Shown: positions 63,434-64,000 of the stretch, one piece after another | Position numbering within the stretch: position 1 is the first letter of the stretch | Layout of the letters: every line of letters starts with the position of its first letter | Source: Eledone cirrhosa | Lineage: Eukaryota | Assembly: GCA_964016885.1 (NCBI GenBank) | Contig: OZ024741.1 | Span: forward strand, 6,882,001 to 6,946,000 | DNA length: 64,000 nt | Reading direction: 5' to 3' | Notes under the pieces: model-generated | The model's database searches: none | What the model saw: only the letters and a program-made list of their open reading frames with translations | Told to the model about the DNA's origin: nothing | Made by a program: the position numbers and the translations under genes

Positions 63434-64000
63434 CTGGCTATATAACATACCTACTGGCTATATAACATACCTACTGGTAATATAACATATCTACTGGCTA
63501 TATAACATACCTCCTGGTTATATAACATACCTCCTGGTTATATAACATACCTACTGGCTATATAACATACCTACTGGCTATATAACATACCTACTGGCTA
63601 TATAACATACCTACAGGCTATATAACATACCTACTGGTAATATAACATACCTACTGGCTATATAACTTACCTATTGGCTATATAACATAACTACTGGTAA
63701 TATAACATACCTACTGGTTATATAACATACCTACTGCCTATATAACTTACCTATTGGCTATATAACATACCTACTGGTAATATAACATACCTACTGGTTA
63801 TATAACATACCTACTGGCTATATAACTTACCTATTGGCTATATAACATACCTACTGGTTATATAACATACCTACTGGTTATATAACATACCTACTGGCTA
63901 TATAACTTACCTATTGGCGATATAGCATACCTACTAGTTATATAACTTACCTATTGGCTATATAGCATACCTACTGGTTATATAACATACCTAGTGGCTA

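Larger units (their letters stand above)
1..64000. repeat. Tandem satellite array of a 20-bp monomer (consensus TATATAACATACCTACTGGC), about 3,200 copies, head-to-tail, extending beyond both window ends
   Basis: The 20-bp period is visible on every line (three monomers per 60-nt line; columns stay in register except at rare indels). The TATATAACATAC half is nearly invariant and the 3' half varies (CTACTGGC, CTACTGGT, CTCCTGGC, CTCCTAGC, CTTCTGGT, etc.). No non-repeat sequence seen. Confidence 0.99.

Noticed and set aside
1-64000. Repetitive protein-coding ORF
   Set aside because: Each monomer has TAA on the + strand and TAG or TAA at the TATATA junction on the - strand. Because 20 is not a multiple of 3, all six frames hit a stop about every 60 bp.
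1-64000. CRISPR array (constant part plus variable part)
   Set aside because: The variable half is about 8 bp drawn from a few near-identical variants, not unique 25-45 bp spacers. There is no leader and there are no cas genes.
1-64000. TATA-box promoters (TATATAA)
   Set aside because: The motif is simply part of the monomer, repeated thousands of times with no downstream gene.
1-64000. Telomerase-made telomeric repeat (G-richer minus strand containing GTAGG)
   Set aside because: Kilobase-scale copying of rare variants indicates recombination or replication-based amplification, not templated addition. No canonical telomere motif or chromosome end is visible. A subtelomeric location is not excluded.
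1-64000. Dense CCTGG, CTAG, AGCT and CCGG sites as a methylation or restriction system
   Set aside because: They are by-products of common monomer variants. They are useful for digest ladders, but nothing in the sequence supports a function.

Overview
The whole 64 kb window is one uninterrupted head-to-tail tandem array (satellite DNA) of a 20-bp monomer, consensus TATATAACATACCT(A/C/T)CT(G/A)G(C/T), about 3,200 copies, about 35% GC, C-rich on the + strand. It runs off both window ends. I found no genes, RNA genes, mobile elements, CRISPR spacers, inversions or unique sequence, and both strands carry a stop codon in essentially every monomer. The information lies in the order of monomer variants, which records nested duplications at several scales: 2-, 4- and 7-monomer subrepeats; tandem duplications of about 0.36, 0.66, 1.5 and 2.1 kb; a near-perfect 3x 5,120-bp (256-monomer) higher-order repeat at about 18.05-33.45 kb; dispersed copies 5.7-6.6 kb apart; and a heavily degenerate 0.6-kb island that was itself recently duplicated 3,553 bp downstream. 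This fits a eukaryotic satellite or large minisatellite evolving by unequal exchange. I cannot name the family or organism, and I see no evidence of a protein-coding system. All offsets were read by eye from rare marker variants, so boundaries are approximate to about one monomer.
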